Part shown: positions 45,301 through 57,936 of the stretch, in pieces
How the letters are laid out: each line of letters starts with the position of its first letter
Position numbering within the stretch: the first letter of the stretch is position 1
Assembly (NCBI GenBank): GCA_001662655.1
Contig: KV460264.1
Source of the DNA: Pseudogymnoascus verrucosus
Lineage: Eukaryota
Reading direction: 5' to 3' (one strand)
Length of the DNA: 64,000 nucleotides
Position numbers and translations under genes: made by a program
The notes under the pieces: generated by a model
What the model saw: the letters and a program-made list of their open reading frames with translations, nothing else
Databases searched by the model: none
What the model was told of the DNA's origin: nothing

Positions 45301-47838
45301 CTTCCAACGGGAGCAAACGCGAGACAACGGAAACTAACATACCCGGATCGAGGGACGAAGCCGTTCAGCCAAACCTTTGTGCCGCACAACACCATTACGA
45401 GTTTCGCAAACCATGACGTGAGGCAATGAAAGGAGCTTGCCGGCAGAGAAATGATGTTGGGAGGAAATTGTGGTGATTACGAAATGCTTCAGGCTGATAC
45501 AGCGGTAGAATCGGGGAAATCATCTTGAGTAGGGCCGATGCGGGGTGGGGGAGGGAAATCATCTAGAAAGCGGAAAGGCCGAGGAAGGTGCGGAGAGTGG
45601 CACTTCGCGGCGGGAAGAGGGAAAGAGCTACTCTTAGGATGAAGATATTGACACATTCCGACTCCACTTGAAGATCTGGAGACGGCAGGTCAGGGGGAGG
45701 AATAGACGGGATGGTCGTTAACAAATGGGCGACGGCGACATTAGATGACTGTGCCAGCGTCACATTTGGGCCCCGTCCCCGATCACCGAAGTGTCCGGTA
45801 GCCCGACCTAAGGCCAGACACAGACCCGAGCATTCGTTCGGGGGAGGATTGGGGACGGGACGCACGGCGATGCGAAACGTGACATTACATAGCTACAGAC
45901 GCACATTTGTCAATCGATAGTTCCGTGTTCTGGCGAAAGCGGGCTGACTGTTGTCTGTGTGGTGCGGGAATTATCAAAATATCCCGTTCTTGGGGTACCT
46001 GACCTAGCGGACCAGTGGTAAAAAGTCCGAGCGGGACGCCGTGGTGGTGTGGTGGTGGTGCGTGTGTGTGCCTTGCATGCTGACGGCGTCGTACGTGCGT
46101 GGTGGGAAGGGATTTCTGAAAGCCAAGGCGGTGTGGTGGTTGCACACATGCACACCTAACAGTTCTGTTTCAGAGATATTGGGGATATGGGGGGCTTTTG
46201 GGGGACTTTTAGGGGACATTACTGGGCGATGTGGAGAATTTTGAAGGCGTAGGATACTTTGTACGTACGGGCGAGTGGGGTCGATTGTGACTTCCTTGTG
46301 GCGATTTACGGGACAAGTTTTTTGAGAAAAAAAAAGGCATCAAAAGAGGAAAAGATAGCAGCATTGATCTAGGTGTCTTCGGTATCATATGTCAGAGGAG
46401 AGAGAGACAGAGAGTCTACCTAGGATTTATTTACTCTGCTAGGTCTTAAGAGCGAGGATAATCTTTCGCTCATTACAAAGTACAGTACAGACAGAAGCCG
46501 AGGCAGCGTTGTGAATGGACGTGCTGAAAGACTGTTCTAGACGCTGAGACACAAGTCTCAAGTGGCTCGAGCTGTCAACTATGGCATAAATATTGAAAGA
46601 AGAAAAGGAAGGAGAGAAGGCGGCATCCCAAGTCATCCGAGCTTCACGGATAGTCCATCGTTTTGCTATCTGTGCGGTTGTTCCACAATGGCCGTTGATC
46701 TCAAAAGAGAAGCTCCTAGTGGTAATAGCGCTTTTTCTAGAAGGGAAAGAAAAGGCGGGGAGGAAGTGAGGGGGATGGAAGTTGTGAAGGGCCAAGACGC
46801 AGCGACACATACTTACACACACACGATATATTTGGGGAAATGAGCTGTGGGGGTGTTGACAGCCCTTAGAGGGGTCCTGTTTCTCGTACCGTACTTCGTA
46901 CTTACAGTATGGAGCCATGGAGTGGACACTAACCAACATGGTCCCACTCAAACATCGCCGACTTCTCATGGAGATCATCGACGTCGAGTCTCCAATTCGG
47001 ATGGATGAACTGGATGGAGTCGGGTTGGCTCCCAATACGGATTGTTGATCCAGTCAATCCCATCCTATTTCAATCCCCCATTCCAACATCCTGTCGTACA
47101 AAGCACGGCGGCCAGCATAACAGGCCAGCATGCATCAGCATCACATTTGAAATCACACACTGAGCCAGCCAACCATGATTTGTTACTATGCTATACTTAC
47201 AGTACCAACAGTCCTAACAGTACTAACAGTATTGACTGACTGTACATTGCTCAAGCCAGAACATTACCTGTCGGGCCTTCGATGCTAGCTGCGAACCTAC
47301 AAATCCACTGATGTACGGTATTATCCACCGACGGCGGCTTAATTGTGTGGCTTTGACGGCCTTTCAAACAATACTATTTGCTAGGCTCCTACTGGGCTCG
47401 TGAGCAATCACCCGCTCTCCCCATCCCTGCCCCACACATGGTGGGTGGAACCCTTGCGTGTTGGAGCTTTCTGTGGCCCCTGACCCCTCTTTGCCCCCCG
47501 CCCCGCCACCACACATCACCGTCGCCACTAGTTGGCGCACAGGGCTCCCATGCTCTGGACTGGACCAACAGTAGAATCGCCAACCCAGGGTCCATCGCAA
47601 TGCATCGCCCCATTGGGCACCAGGGTGACAGCCAGCATGCATACATATGTAGATCTACCACGACCAGCCCCAGTCTTTGCTTCCCCATTACCATCTTGTG
47701 TGCGATTGATGTCTCTTATCAATCGTTGATGTCGTCGTTGTTGTCGTCGCCATCTCTGGTCCCTTAACAACATATTCAGAAGTCTGACGTGACGGCGCGG
47801 TCTGCAAGAGTATAGCGCGACGCAGCGCAGTCGCCATC

Positions 47839-49678
47839 ATGTATCAGGCTACTAATGTCTACGCCATTTGCGGTTTCGCTGCCATCGGTATGTCGAGAGG
47901 ACCCCTCACTCCCTATCGTCGAGGGAATGCCTTCGTTTCGACGTTGCGCCTAAGGACAATCTTGCTAACCAGAGTGTAATGTATAGGTGGTGGACTCTTT
48001 GGTTTTGATATTTCCTCGATGTCCGGTGTCATTGGGACAATGGCCTATAAGCGTTATTATAACAATCCGTATGTCCAGCCATCAAAGCCTGTCAGGGATT
48101 GTGCTAATGGAATGATAGTGTCTCAACGGTTCAGGGAGCCATCACAGCTTCTATGCCCTTCGGCTCTTTCTTTGGTGCTCTCATATCATCCTTCATCGCA
48201 GATCGGTACTCCCGACGAACTGCCATCCAATTCTCCTGCACCCTCTGGATTATCGGCTCCATGTACGCTCCCAGCTCCCCGTTGTCATCCATCTCAGCTA
48301 ACCAAGCGCCAGCATCCAATGCGCCTCCAATGGCGTCCCCATGCTAGTGGTCGGCCGCGCTGTCTCCGGTATCTGTATCGGTATCGCCTCCGCCATCGTA
48401 CCCGTCTACCAATCCGAAATCGCACCGAAGGAGATTCGTGGTCGCATCGTCACCCTCCAGCAATGGGCTATCACATGGGGTATCCTGATCCAATATTTCA
48501 TCCAGTACGGCGCGTCTTTTGTTGGCGGCGGCCCCGACGACCCCAACCAACCCGAGTCGGCATTTCGCATTCCCTGGGGTCTCCAGATGATCCCAGCCGT
48601 CATCCTCTTCTTCGGCCTGTTCTTCCTGCCTCGTAGCCCTCGCTGGCTGGCCAGCAAGGACCAGTGGGACGAGGCGATCCAGGTGCTTGCGGATCTGCAC
48701 GCAGGCGGCGACATCGACCATCCGAAGGTGTTGGCCGAGTACCAGGAGATCGAGGAAGCGCTGCGCTTTGAGCGCGAGGAGGCAACGAGCAGCATGCGCG
48801 CACTCGTAGCGCCGCGCATGTTCAAGCGTGTGCTTCTTGGCATGAGCATCCAGACATGGTCGCAGTTGGGTGGAGTCAACGTGCTAATGTACTACATCAT
48901 CTACGTCATGCAGGCGGCAGACATCGGATCGCCCATGCTCACGGCCTCGATTCAATACGTAATCAACGTGCTTCTTACGCTCCCTGCCATCATCTATATC
49001 GACCGATGGGGACGCCGGCCGTCCCTTCTCCTCGGTTCCCTCTTCATGATGATCTTCTTCTTCATCACCGGCGCCATACAGGCCGTCTACGGCGAAGCCG
49101 TCGACGGCCACGGTACGAACATCACCTGGGTCGTGCGCGGCAACAAAGCCGCCTCGGGCGCCATCGTGGCCTGCTCATACCTGGTCGTCGCCACATTTGC
49201 CACGACCTGGGGTCCCGCATCCTGGTGCTACCCAGCAGAGATCTTTCCGTCCAAAGTCCGAGCCAAGGCCGTCTCCCTCGCCACCGCCTCGAACTGGTTC
49301 TGGAACTGCATCCTCTCCTTCGCTGTTCCCCCTTTGCTGTTCCACATCAACTGGCGCATGTACATGCTCTTCGGGACACTCAACGGATTGGCGCTTCTGC
49401 ATATATATATCGCAGCGCCGGAGACGAAGGGCAAGATGCTTGAAGAGATGGACGAGGTGTTTGATAGTGGGCGCCGCGCCTGGGAGCGCCAGCCGAAGGG
49501 ATCAAGGATGGATGATCTTGCGCGCGGGATTGCGGAGGGAACGATGTTGCCTCCGGCGAGAGCATATAAGGGGATTCGCGTTGAGAAAGAGGTTAAGCGC
49601 GATAGTGTGGGAGGAGGGAGGTCGAGCAGCACTGTCAGCCTGCAGCCATATCACGCGCATTGCGAGGCAGAGCCGTGA
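47839..49678 (+). CDS. MFS sugar porter (HGT1-like high-affinity hexose transporter)
   Basis: GGLFGFDISSM, DRYSRR, PVYQSEIAPKEIRG, PRSPRWL, DRWGRR, WGPASW.YPAEIFP, PETKG. Three short 5' introns. Confidence 0.93.
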
Positions 49679-50537
49679 GAGTGCTGAGTTTGGTGGTGGG
49701 GTGGTGGAGTGGGGGTGGTAGCTGGGAGAGGAGCCTATATTCGCGTCAAACTGCGACTACTCGCCCAGCAAAAACTGTGGTACAATCCCTATAATTTGCT
49801 GCCGCCTTGATCCAGGTATCAACCAGTCTCCAATTATAGACTGCGATACTCGTTGCCTAAGGACAAAAAAGGTCCTAGGTTATAACAATGGCCAACGCTC
49901 AGGGATAGGAACAAACATATATTATGAAGGCGCGCTTTCGGCAGTACGGATCAAAGGGCGGATTTACTTGTATTCGGAATAGCAAGGCTGGTCAAGGTAT
50001 TCAGGACTTAACAGATGTCTGGGACGGAATATGAGGTGGATGGATATGGCTAGTTGGGCCGAGTGCTGTATGTATATAATCTTACTTCGCACTGCAGTAC
50101 GACGTCTGGCGTATTGCGGCTAGAAGTCTCACGCGTCAGTGGCGTTTGTGTATCTAATGAGAAGGGGTTCAACAAAGGCCTTGTGGCTTGCATGAATGTG
50201 AGACCTACATGGGCGGTTATCAGCGGTTACGCTGGCGGTTGGCTGTTGTCCTAAGATCTACGGATTTGATTTATATCACAGCTATAAATGAGTATTGCGC
50301 CCAATGAAGAAAGATCGTCTCAATTTTACACTACAGTTAAAGATAGTAAGTTACAGGGAGCCGTGGAATAAACATATAGCCCAAGTCATATTCCATCGTC
50401 AAATCGCCAGCCTTCGCGCCGAGACCAAGCATACATTAAGTGTTATCTGTCCATTGAAGCCTTTTTCCGCGCATCACTAGCACTGCTAACACGAATCCTA
50501 CACCCACGGAGGCATCCCCAACAACCGCACCCACCCC

Positions 50538-51451
50538 TCAAATCCCTGGAAGCAAAGATGATCGCACTTTCTTGCGATACTGCTGCCAGTCCTCGCCATA
50601 CTACATCCACAAGTCAGCATTCGCTGTATTCATCAATAAGACTCGAATCAACTTACCCGATCCGCACAATAACGGTCTAGCACGGGAATGCCCCTTCTCG
50701 TAAAATCGTGGTAGAAGAACCAGAACACCAGCCCGCCCAAAATGGGCCCCGCAGCCGCCATCGCATACCCAGATCGCCAGATGCAGTATGCGCCGTAATT
50801 GATGTGTCGCGCGACACCGAAGAGGCCGCCGGTGAATGGTTTCCCCTTGTTCTCCGGGCGGGCCTTGAAGTTTCTGCGCTGGATCTCGGAGGTGGTTTCG
50901 AGGAGGAGGCCGCCGATGGCCATAGCTGTCCCGATGATGAAGGTTGGGGTAAGGGAGCTCAGGTCGCGGGGCGCGGGGGAGATGATGCCGAAGCCCGTGA
51001 GGAAGGAGGAGGCAGCGGTGGGGAGGAGAGGGGCGAGGGGGGCGATGGACCAGAAGATCGAGTTGAGGGAGTTGAAGAAGGTGTTGAAGAACCCGATTAC
51101 GATACCCTCGGCGGGGCGCATCTCAGTCTCGCCGATGCGGAAGAGCCAGTAGACGTGCTTGATGCTGCTGGCGGTTGCGAGGCCGATGATTATGCGGGCT
51201 TGGAGAGGGAGAGCGGCGAAGTTGGCGAGATTTGGGAGGGAGAAGGCGCCGGGGAGGAAAGGGGGGAGGGCGGAGACGCCAATGGCGCGGAGGCTGGGCG
51301 CGGCGAGGCCGTATGCTACGAGGCCATATTGTATGAAGATATCGGCGGTGCGAATGCCGGCGAAGAGAGTGGTGCCAATGGGTGAAGAGCGCTTAACTCG
51401 AGAGAGGTTGTCGTGGAGATCAGCGGCGGGAGAGGAAGAAGATGAGGCCAT
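50538..51451 (-). CDS. DUF1295 / steroid 5-alpha-reductase-like (ICMT-fold) membrane protein
   Basis: Multi-TM; SEIQR..FK..PENKGKPFTGGLFGVARHINY. One 3' intron, then YGEDWQQYRKKV..LLPGI. Confidence 0.8.
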
Positions 51452-51490
51452 GGTGTGATTGAGGAATGTTTAGACCGTACAGTACCAATG

Positions 51491-51593
51491 AGATGGATAT
51501 GATTGGAATATTAAGAGATAAGACATTTATATAAGTGAATCCAAAGATGGATATGATTGGAATATTAAGAGATAAGACATTTATATAAGTGAA
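51491..51593. repeat. 49-bp perfect direct repeat (period 54) just upstream of the DUF1295 gene
   Basis: AGATGGATATGATTGGAATATTAAGAGATAAGACATTTATATAAGTGAA at 51491 and 51545. Confidence 0.92.
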
Positions 51594-52828
51594 GTTAGAT
51601 ATAGCATGAGCTGTGAGGGGACGCATTCGGACCTCGGGTTTCATAGATTGCCATGATCTATAAGCAAAAAGTAGTTATGACATGGATTACCGTGATTGAC
51701 CAACAGCTATAGCAACATGATGTCTACGACGACATTGAAAGCCTAGCTGACGTAATGTACTTTAATACTTTATCTAATTCCGCACAAAACTAAAAAATTG
51801 ACGTCGTTTCGCTTTGGGGCCAATCACTGTTACCGTGCGAATATGAAATATGGAAATTATCATAATTATCATAATTGAGATGCGAAGTGGGGAGGTTTGC
51901 TTACGGAGAATTCGGAGCTCGGGGAAAGAAGAGTGCGGTCGGCGTGTCCTCGAGACGTCATTGGTATAACAGTCTAGAAGGCAAGAACTAGTTTCGTGGT
52001 CCATATATTATACTTTGCAGCCATGGGATTGCCCTACACTTTTCATGCACTTGCCATGCACATGCCGCGATGTTCGCTGTCTATATTCAGTAGACTGTAC
52101 AGTACTATTTAGTTCAGTGCTCACCCCGTTGCATGCGAGGAACATCGTAGAAGTAACGGAGTCCGGAGCGAAAGAGCAGACTATTGCTCCGGAGAATCAT
52201 TTCTACTTCAATTACAGTTTAACGATGAACCTGTCGCATCCTGTATAGTACATGACCTCGTTCCACAGGGGTCTTGTTCCCCGCAACAGCGCTTTCCTCT
52301 TTTCCCATAGCCGCACCGCCAAAGACCACCGGCCAATCTCGGTAACCCCTCACCAACAGGACCTCATGGAAACAAACCATACATCTGTGCCCCTATCATT
52401 GTTGCCGTTTTGAAGAAATTCTGACTCTGTGCACATTTCCCTTCCCCGCATCTGCGAACAGTGTCGCGAAGTCTAATTCTGGAAAAGATCGGACGTTGGT
52501 GAGAAGCTTAAACGAAACACTGTCTCGGAGCCTCGCCCTCCGAGTCCCCTCTCCACCGTGTAAACATCCGCCATTTGCCAGAGTGCCAAATGCTTGACTA
52601 CTCCTGGGATAGCCTGCCGTCGTTCCTAGAAGTCTATATCGATGATGCGAGGGATACTATATTTTGATTGCTTGTGCGGCGACATGGAGATTACACTGTC
52701 TCATGAGGGGGAGCGGAGAAGGGCGAGTATAAAGCCCATGCATCCCTCGATGATCGTCGCTCTGCGTGCTTGCTGAAGCTCTTGCGGATTCTTGGCTCTT
52801 GTCTCAATCGCTGTTCCTTGTATTCACG

Positions 52829-53934
52829 ATGCTTTTCTCGGCGATTCTCACAGCGGGCCTCGTGTCCTCGGCCGCGGCTTTAGCTGCACCGCCTCGCTGC
52901 CGTGCCAATTCCAACTACAAAGGCTGGGCTTCGATGAAGCATGCATTCATTTTGTAGGCTCCCCGATCTCCTGTGATTTCCAAATCTAATCAGGGTTAGC
53001 GGCGACTCCTACACGACCACCGGGTTCGATGTGTCCCAAACCCAGCCAGCACCGGGCAATCCTCTGGGTAACCCCCCATACCCGGGCTGGACCGCCGCAA
53101 ATGGCCCCAATTGGCCCGACTTCCTCACTGTCAAGTACAACGCCTCTGAAATATTGACGTACAACTTGGCATACGGTGGCGCGACCGTATCATCCTCGCT
53201 CGTGAAGCCATACCAAGACACTGTGCTATCCCTCTCAAGCCAAGTGGAAGACCTCTTTATCCCAAACTACGCCTTCAATGGTAAATGGAAGAGCAACGAT
53301 TCCGTCTTCGGCATCTTCATCGGCATCAACGATGTCGGAAACTCGTTCTACTTGGGCGACGATGCGGTCCCCATCTTAAACAAGAAGATCTTCGCCGTCT
53401 ATGACGGTCTCGTCAAGGAGCTCTATAATACTGGCGCGAGGAATTTCGTTTTCCTCAACGTGCCGCCCACAGACAGGAGTCCGTTGATGATTGGCCAAGG
53501 TGCAGACAGCGCAGCTCTCATTGCAAAGGATTTGAAGGCCTTTAACAGCGCTATCGCGAGTCTAGCCGCGAGCGTCAGGAAGAACTATGCCGATTCGAAC
53601 GTTTTCACGGTAGATGCGTGGCAGGCGTTTACGGACGTGCTAAATAAGCCCGCTGCGTTCCCCGCCACGGCTGGATACAAGAATACCACCGCGTACTGCG
53701 AGGCATATCAGAAGTAAGTCGAACGCTGATAGGCCTCCCGTCTTGTGAGGAATAGTGATAAAGATGCTAATTGCGCATAGTGGTACCCCAGCGCAAGATA
53801 CCCTCGACCCCTCGTGCGGCATCCCAGTCAACCAGTATTTCTGGCTCAACAGCCTGCACCCCACGTCGCCCATGCACGATGTGCTCGCGCAGAAGGTGGC
53901 AGCGCAGTTGAAGAGCGGACCGAACGTGTGTTAG
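52829..53934 (+). CDS. Secreted SGNH/GDSL acetylesterase, carbohydrate esterase family 16
   Basis: Signal peptide; spliced FGDSYT, NGPNW, YNLAYGGA, FIGIND, GARNF, YFWLNSLHP. Two introns. Confidence 0.9.
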
Positions 53935-54388
53935 ACGCGCGAGTGTACAGGCTTGGAGATATCAGCGAGCAGGCCGTTTGGATTTTCCAACTATGGATTC
54001 TGGAATGAGCGATTAATTCAAAGATCTGAAGCATGGTCTTGTTTGCGTTATGCTCCCTACGTCCGCGAACGTATGAAGCCAACGAGGAAGACATGAGTTG
54101 TAGATACTAGATAACATATTACATGGTTCAGTAGGAGAAGGGGGGCAATAGAATGAATTCCATGGATTTGTTTGATTCTTCGACCGCTCGCCTCCACTGC
54201 TCCTGGTCGTTTGAGAGGTGCTGATTATCTCCGTGCTCTGTGCTGTTGGCTTCTGTCCGTCGCCCTCTAGCACCCTACGTCTTTCTCTGGGTAACTCAGC
54301 CCATCTCTGGAAACTATCGCACCGCATCCGTTACCTCGAATTCTGATCCCTGGTGTGATCAATGTATAAATGGCATAGAAATCCCAGG

Positions 54389-55096
54389 TCACAGCGGATC
54401 TGGAACATGCACGACTTCGATCGTGGGCCATTTTGGGCCAAGTTGCGGACACTGGCCTTCCATAAATTCGTGCAGTAGTAATCTTATCTGGCCTCCAGCC
54501 CCAAGAGGATTCTTTATCTGGCAACTCTTCTTGCCCCCAAGATAAAGATCAAGTACTGTCATCGTAGCACGGAAGTCAGGAGGAACTCCCACCTCAAGCT
54601 TTTCAGGGATTAAAATAACAAGCTGTTGAAGAGCTTGAAACATTGTAATGCGCTTCAAGACCTCAATAATATCCCTATATGTGCACCAGGCAACGGTCAA
54701 GCTTTTAACGTGGGTAGAGATAGGAGCAGGCGTTAAGGCAGAGACACAGTTGAGGGTAGACTTCCCGTGGTTCAGGTAGAAGGTCGATCTCGAAAAATCG
54801 ATGAAGTCCGTATAACGGTACGGAGCATGCATAGTACAGGCTGTGACTTCAAGTTTGCGATATGGCTCCTGTATTACGAGCCAGGATTCTTTAGATGCCT
54901 GAGAAATGCGCGAATTATCCATAGACAGGATGGGCCCCATAGAGGATGGCTCCATTCCCTCCATGAAAACCTCCCGAGCACTTGGCTTAGGTATGAAATC
55001 GACGATATAATGGCTCGCTAATGCATGTTCCCATATCTTCCATCGCAGTTCGGTCGGCAGAGCTGGGAATAGGGTAAAGCAGGCTCTGGTATCCAT
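54389..55096 (-). CDS. 2EXR-domain (F-box-like N-terminus) hypothetical protein
   Basis: FTLFPALPTELRWKIWEHAL at the N-terminus, SKESW, FIDFSRSTFY. Confidence 0.75.
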   Translation of the reverse strand: MDTRACFTLFPALPTELRWKIWEHALASHYIVDFIPKPSAREVFMEGMEPSSMGPILSMDNSRISQASKESWLVIQEPYRKLEVTACTMHAPYRYTDFIDFSRSTFYLNHGKSTLNCVSALTPAPISTHVKSLTVAWCTYRDIIEVLKRITMFQALQQLVILIPEKLEVGVPPDFRATMTVLDLYLGGKKSCQIKNPLGAGGQIRLLLHEFMEGQCPQLGPKWPTIEVVHVPDPL

Positions 55097-55314
55097 TTTG
55101 CCTGAACCCACTGGCTGTAGAGTTATGGTGTTATTAATCACCAGTTGTCTACAGTTTATTGTCTGTAAGCGCGCGGGACGCGATATAATATCTTCGGGAG
55201 CGGGCGCTTGGCCTCAAACGCTCTTGCCTTGAATAATTAATTGTCACAAATGCAACATGACGAAGTGACCGCAATGCATACAACTACCCGAGTGGATCCA
55301 TCCAATTGCCTTAA

Positions 55315-56190
55315 ATGGGCACAATATTGTACATAGCCATTTTTTATATCCAGCGAATCTCAAAGCACGCTGTGATGGTATTATCTGGCGATGTCACTTT
55401 GCCTGGAGTAGCAATGGGGAATCAGACCCTCAATAAGGCGGTAATAGATGAGACTCTAGTCGCCTCTATCTCTCATATTCTACTCAGATGCAACATTCCT
55501 TGTGTCTTGTGGGGAAACTATCTTCTTACGATATATGGAGTCCCAAGCATTGTTGACGTGAGCTCCTCTCCAAGCCGTCGGATGTTGGCTGCAACTGACA
55601 TGGTGCAGTCGATCGATTTTGTTGTTCCAGATGATCTTGTTGTAGCGGCAGACTCTGCACTTCAAAACAAAGGCCTAGCTGACTGCAGTGAAGCAGAATC
55701 GTGCACCGCGGTGGTGGAGACACGAACGTCTCCACCCCCTGCAGCCCATTTCCATATTGATGCCGAGATGACGGTCTCGATCTATACGCAATCTTCAACG
55801 CTATGGTTCCTCCCCGGTTTAGCTCTCAACCAAATTTTCTGTTCGCCTGACTTCATTCTTGCGTCTGACTCCCGTCTCCCACCTCCAAGACCAGGTCGAG
55901 GACACGGTGCCTTCCAAAACAGCCCTCTTCCAGTATATATTCCTATCGCCCATCGCCTTTTAGAAGCTTTTGTACGTCTCGTCACAAAGTCGCCAAACCG
56001 CAAGTACAAATGCTTCGCGATTGCTATGGTGACCTACATTGGTGAATATGTGGACGGGGACGGGCTATTAGACGAGGCAAATGTAAAGAGATGGTGTAGG
56101 GAGTTTTACTCTGGGCTCAAGAATGGCCGCAGACCTATGAGATCTCTTGTTAAAGACCTCGAAGCTAGTTTTGCTAATCCAACTAACTGA
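55315..56190 (+). CDS. Hypothetical protein with nucleotidyltransferase-fold-like N-terminal motif
   Basis: In-frame 51-nt intron 55558-55608 (GTGAG..CTGAC..CAG). The spliced product reads IPCVLWGNYLLTIYGVPSIVDSIDFVVPDD. Start uncertain (55315, 55375 or 55414). Confidence 0.7.
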   Translation: MGTILYIAIFYIQRISKHAVMVLSGDVTLPGVAMGNQTLNKAVIDETLVASISHILLRCNIPCVLWGNYLLTIYGVPSIVDVSSSPSRRMLAATDMVQSIDFVVPDDLVVAADSALQNKGLADCSEAESCTAVVETRTSPPPAAHFHIDAEMTVSIYTQSSTLWFLPGLALNQIFCSPDFILASDSRLPPPRPGRGHGAFQNSPLPVYIPIAHRLLEAFVRLVTKSPNRKYKCFAIAMVTYIGEYVDGDGLLDEANVKRWCREFYSGLKNGRRPMRSLVKDLEASFANPTN

Positions 56191-56850
56191 TGCATTGCTT
56201 ATGTTAGCATCCGAGATGTGCACGCCCGTAGGGCCAGCTTTTGACAGAAGCGATGCCATAAAAGTCGTGTAAACCGGAGTATCAGCGAACATCACGTAGA
56301 ATGTATACAATCCGACGCGTGTCGTGAGCTCTTTTTGCGATTTATATGGTCCGTCAAGCCGACACTTGTAAAGGATCCAGCCTAGTTTTGATAGAAGTAA
56401 CCTTCTGGCTATATATTACTTGGCGGCTAAACCTCAAGTTGTCGATCGCAAGAAAATGCCATCGGAGACTCGGTCATAGCTGCCATTTTTTGGCATATAG
56501 ATCTGCAGATCAGCACCAAACAATCTGTGCCTAAATGCCTTGGCGGAGGCATCTGATATGTCTGAAACACGGGACTCCAGTATTCCTCACGAAATGGCGT
56601 CGGGGAGCGATGCTGCACTTAATGCCACACATTGATCCGATTTTATCAATATGAACTCGATTTTATGATTGGCATGCTTGCCCATCTCCCGGCCTAGCTC
56701 TTACGGCAATAAAGCTGGTGAGATTGGGGACTTGGTAACAATCTATTTAGGATCGACAAAAATGGCATACGAAGATATAAGAAGCTTCCAATGCCCATTG
56801 GGGTTGGCTTTCTCTCAATTTGGGTTTACTCTTAACCACAGCACGTCAAA

Positions 56851-57936
56851 ATGAAGTCTCGGGTTATTGCGTCCTTGGTTGCTCTGGCTTCGACGGTGGC
56901 AGCTCATGGAGGTGTGTGCCACTATACCGTGGACGGGGCTGAATATAATGGGTACCAATCCCCTTATACTATCGTTTAAGACCAAGAACCTGACAACAAA
57001 TATAGAACACTTTGGCATCTCTGGGATTTGAAAAACAACCCCATCCCAGACCCTCCCCAAGTCCCGAGTATCCAGAGGCGTTGGGATTTCAACCCCGTTT
57101 TCGACGTAACCAGCGGAAACATGACATGTAACTGGGATGGCACCGCCACGGCATCATCTATCCACGCTCCCATACGTGCTGGCAACAACATCACGGCACA
57201 TTGGGATAACTTTATGCCGGATGTTTTCCCCAATGTCTGGCCTCACTCGATAGGACCTATACTCGCGTACATGGCTGCTTGCCCGGGAGACTCATGTGAA
57301 GGCTTTGATGGCAGTGGTGATGTGTGGTTCAAGATTGGTCAGGTTGGGCTATTGCCAGAGGCTGAAGATCTACGCGGTCCATGGGTGCAGGGAGAGCTGC
57401 TCCAACCCGCCGCTGCAGCTGCCCCTGGGTATACAGTGGCCATCCCAAAGAACCTTAAGCCAGGGAAGTATTTGATCAGGCACGAGGTCATCATGTTGGC
57501 CAGCAGGCCACCGCAGTTTTACATCGAATGTGCGCAGCTGAGTATTACTGGGAATGGAACAGCGACGCCGAGCGGCGATTACCTCGCTAGCTTCCCAGGC
57601 GCATATAAGGATGAAGGTAGGTTGACTGGCCCCGAATGCGCCTAGTGAAGTGGACTAATAGGAAAACAGATCCAGGACTTGCGATGTCGCAGTGGTGGGT
57701 ATGTATAGCCTTCGAAGCGTCTAGATTTTGCCCCAAAGTCAGATGCTGTGGACAAAAAGTTGTGCGGGTGATGAGACCGGAGCTGACCTCAAACCTACAG
57801 ATGGGACCCAATGGTTCGCCCTTCCAACCTGAGTGGAACACAACGGTTAGTCTCCACAATTTGCGTGATATGGTTGCGTTATTAACAATAATAGGAATAC
57901 CCCTTCCCGGGACCTGAAGTGTGGTCTGGACAGTAG
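56851..57936 (+). CDS. AA9 lytic polysaccharide monooxygenase, atypical second sphere
   Basis: Signal peptide then His1 (HGGV), WPHSIGPILAYMA, VWFKI, IPKNLKPGKYLIRHE, QFYIECAQL, PGPEVW. Several introns. Confidence 0.92.
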
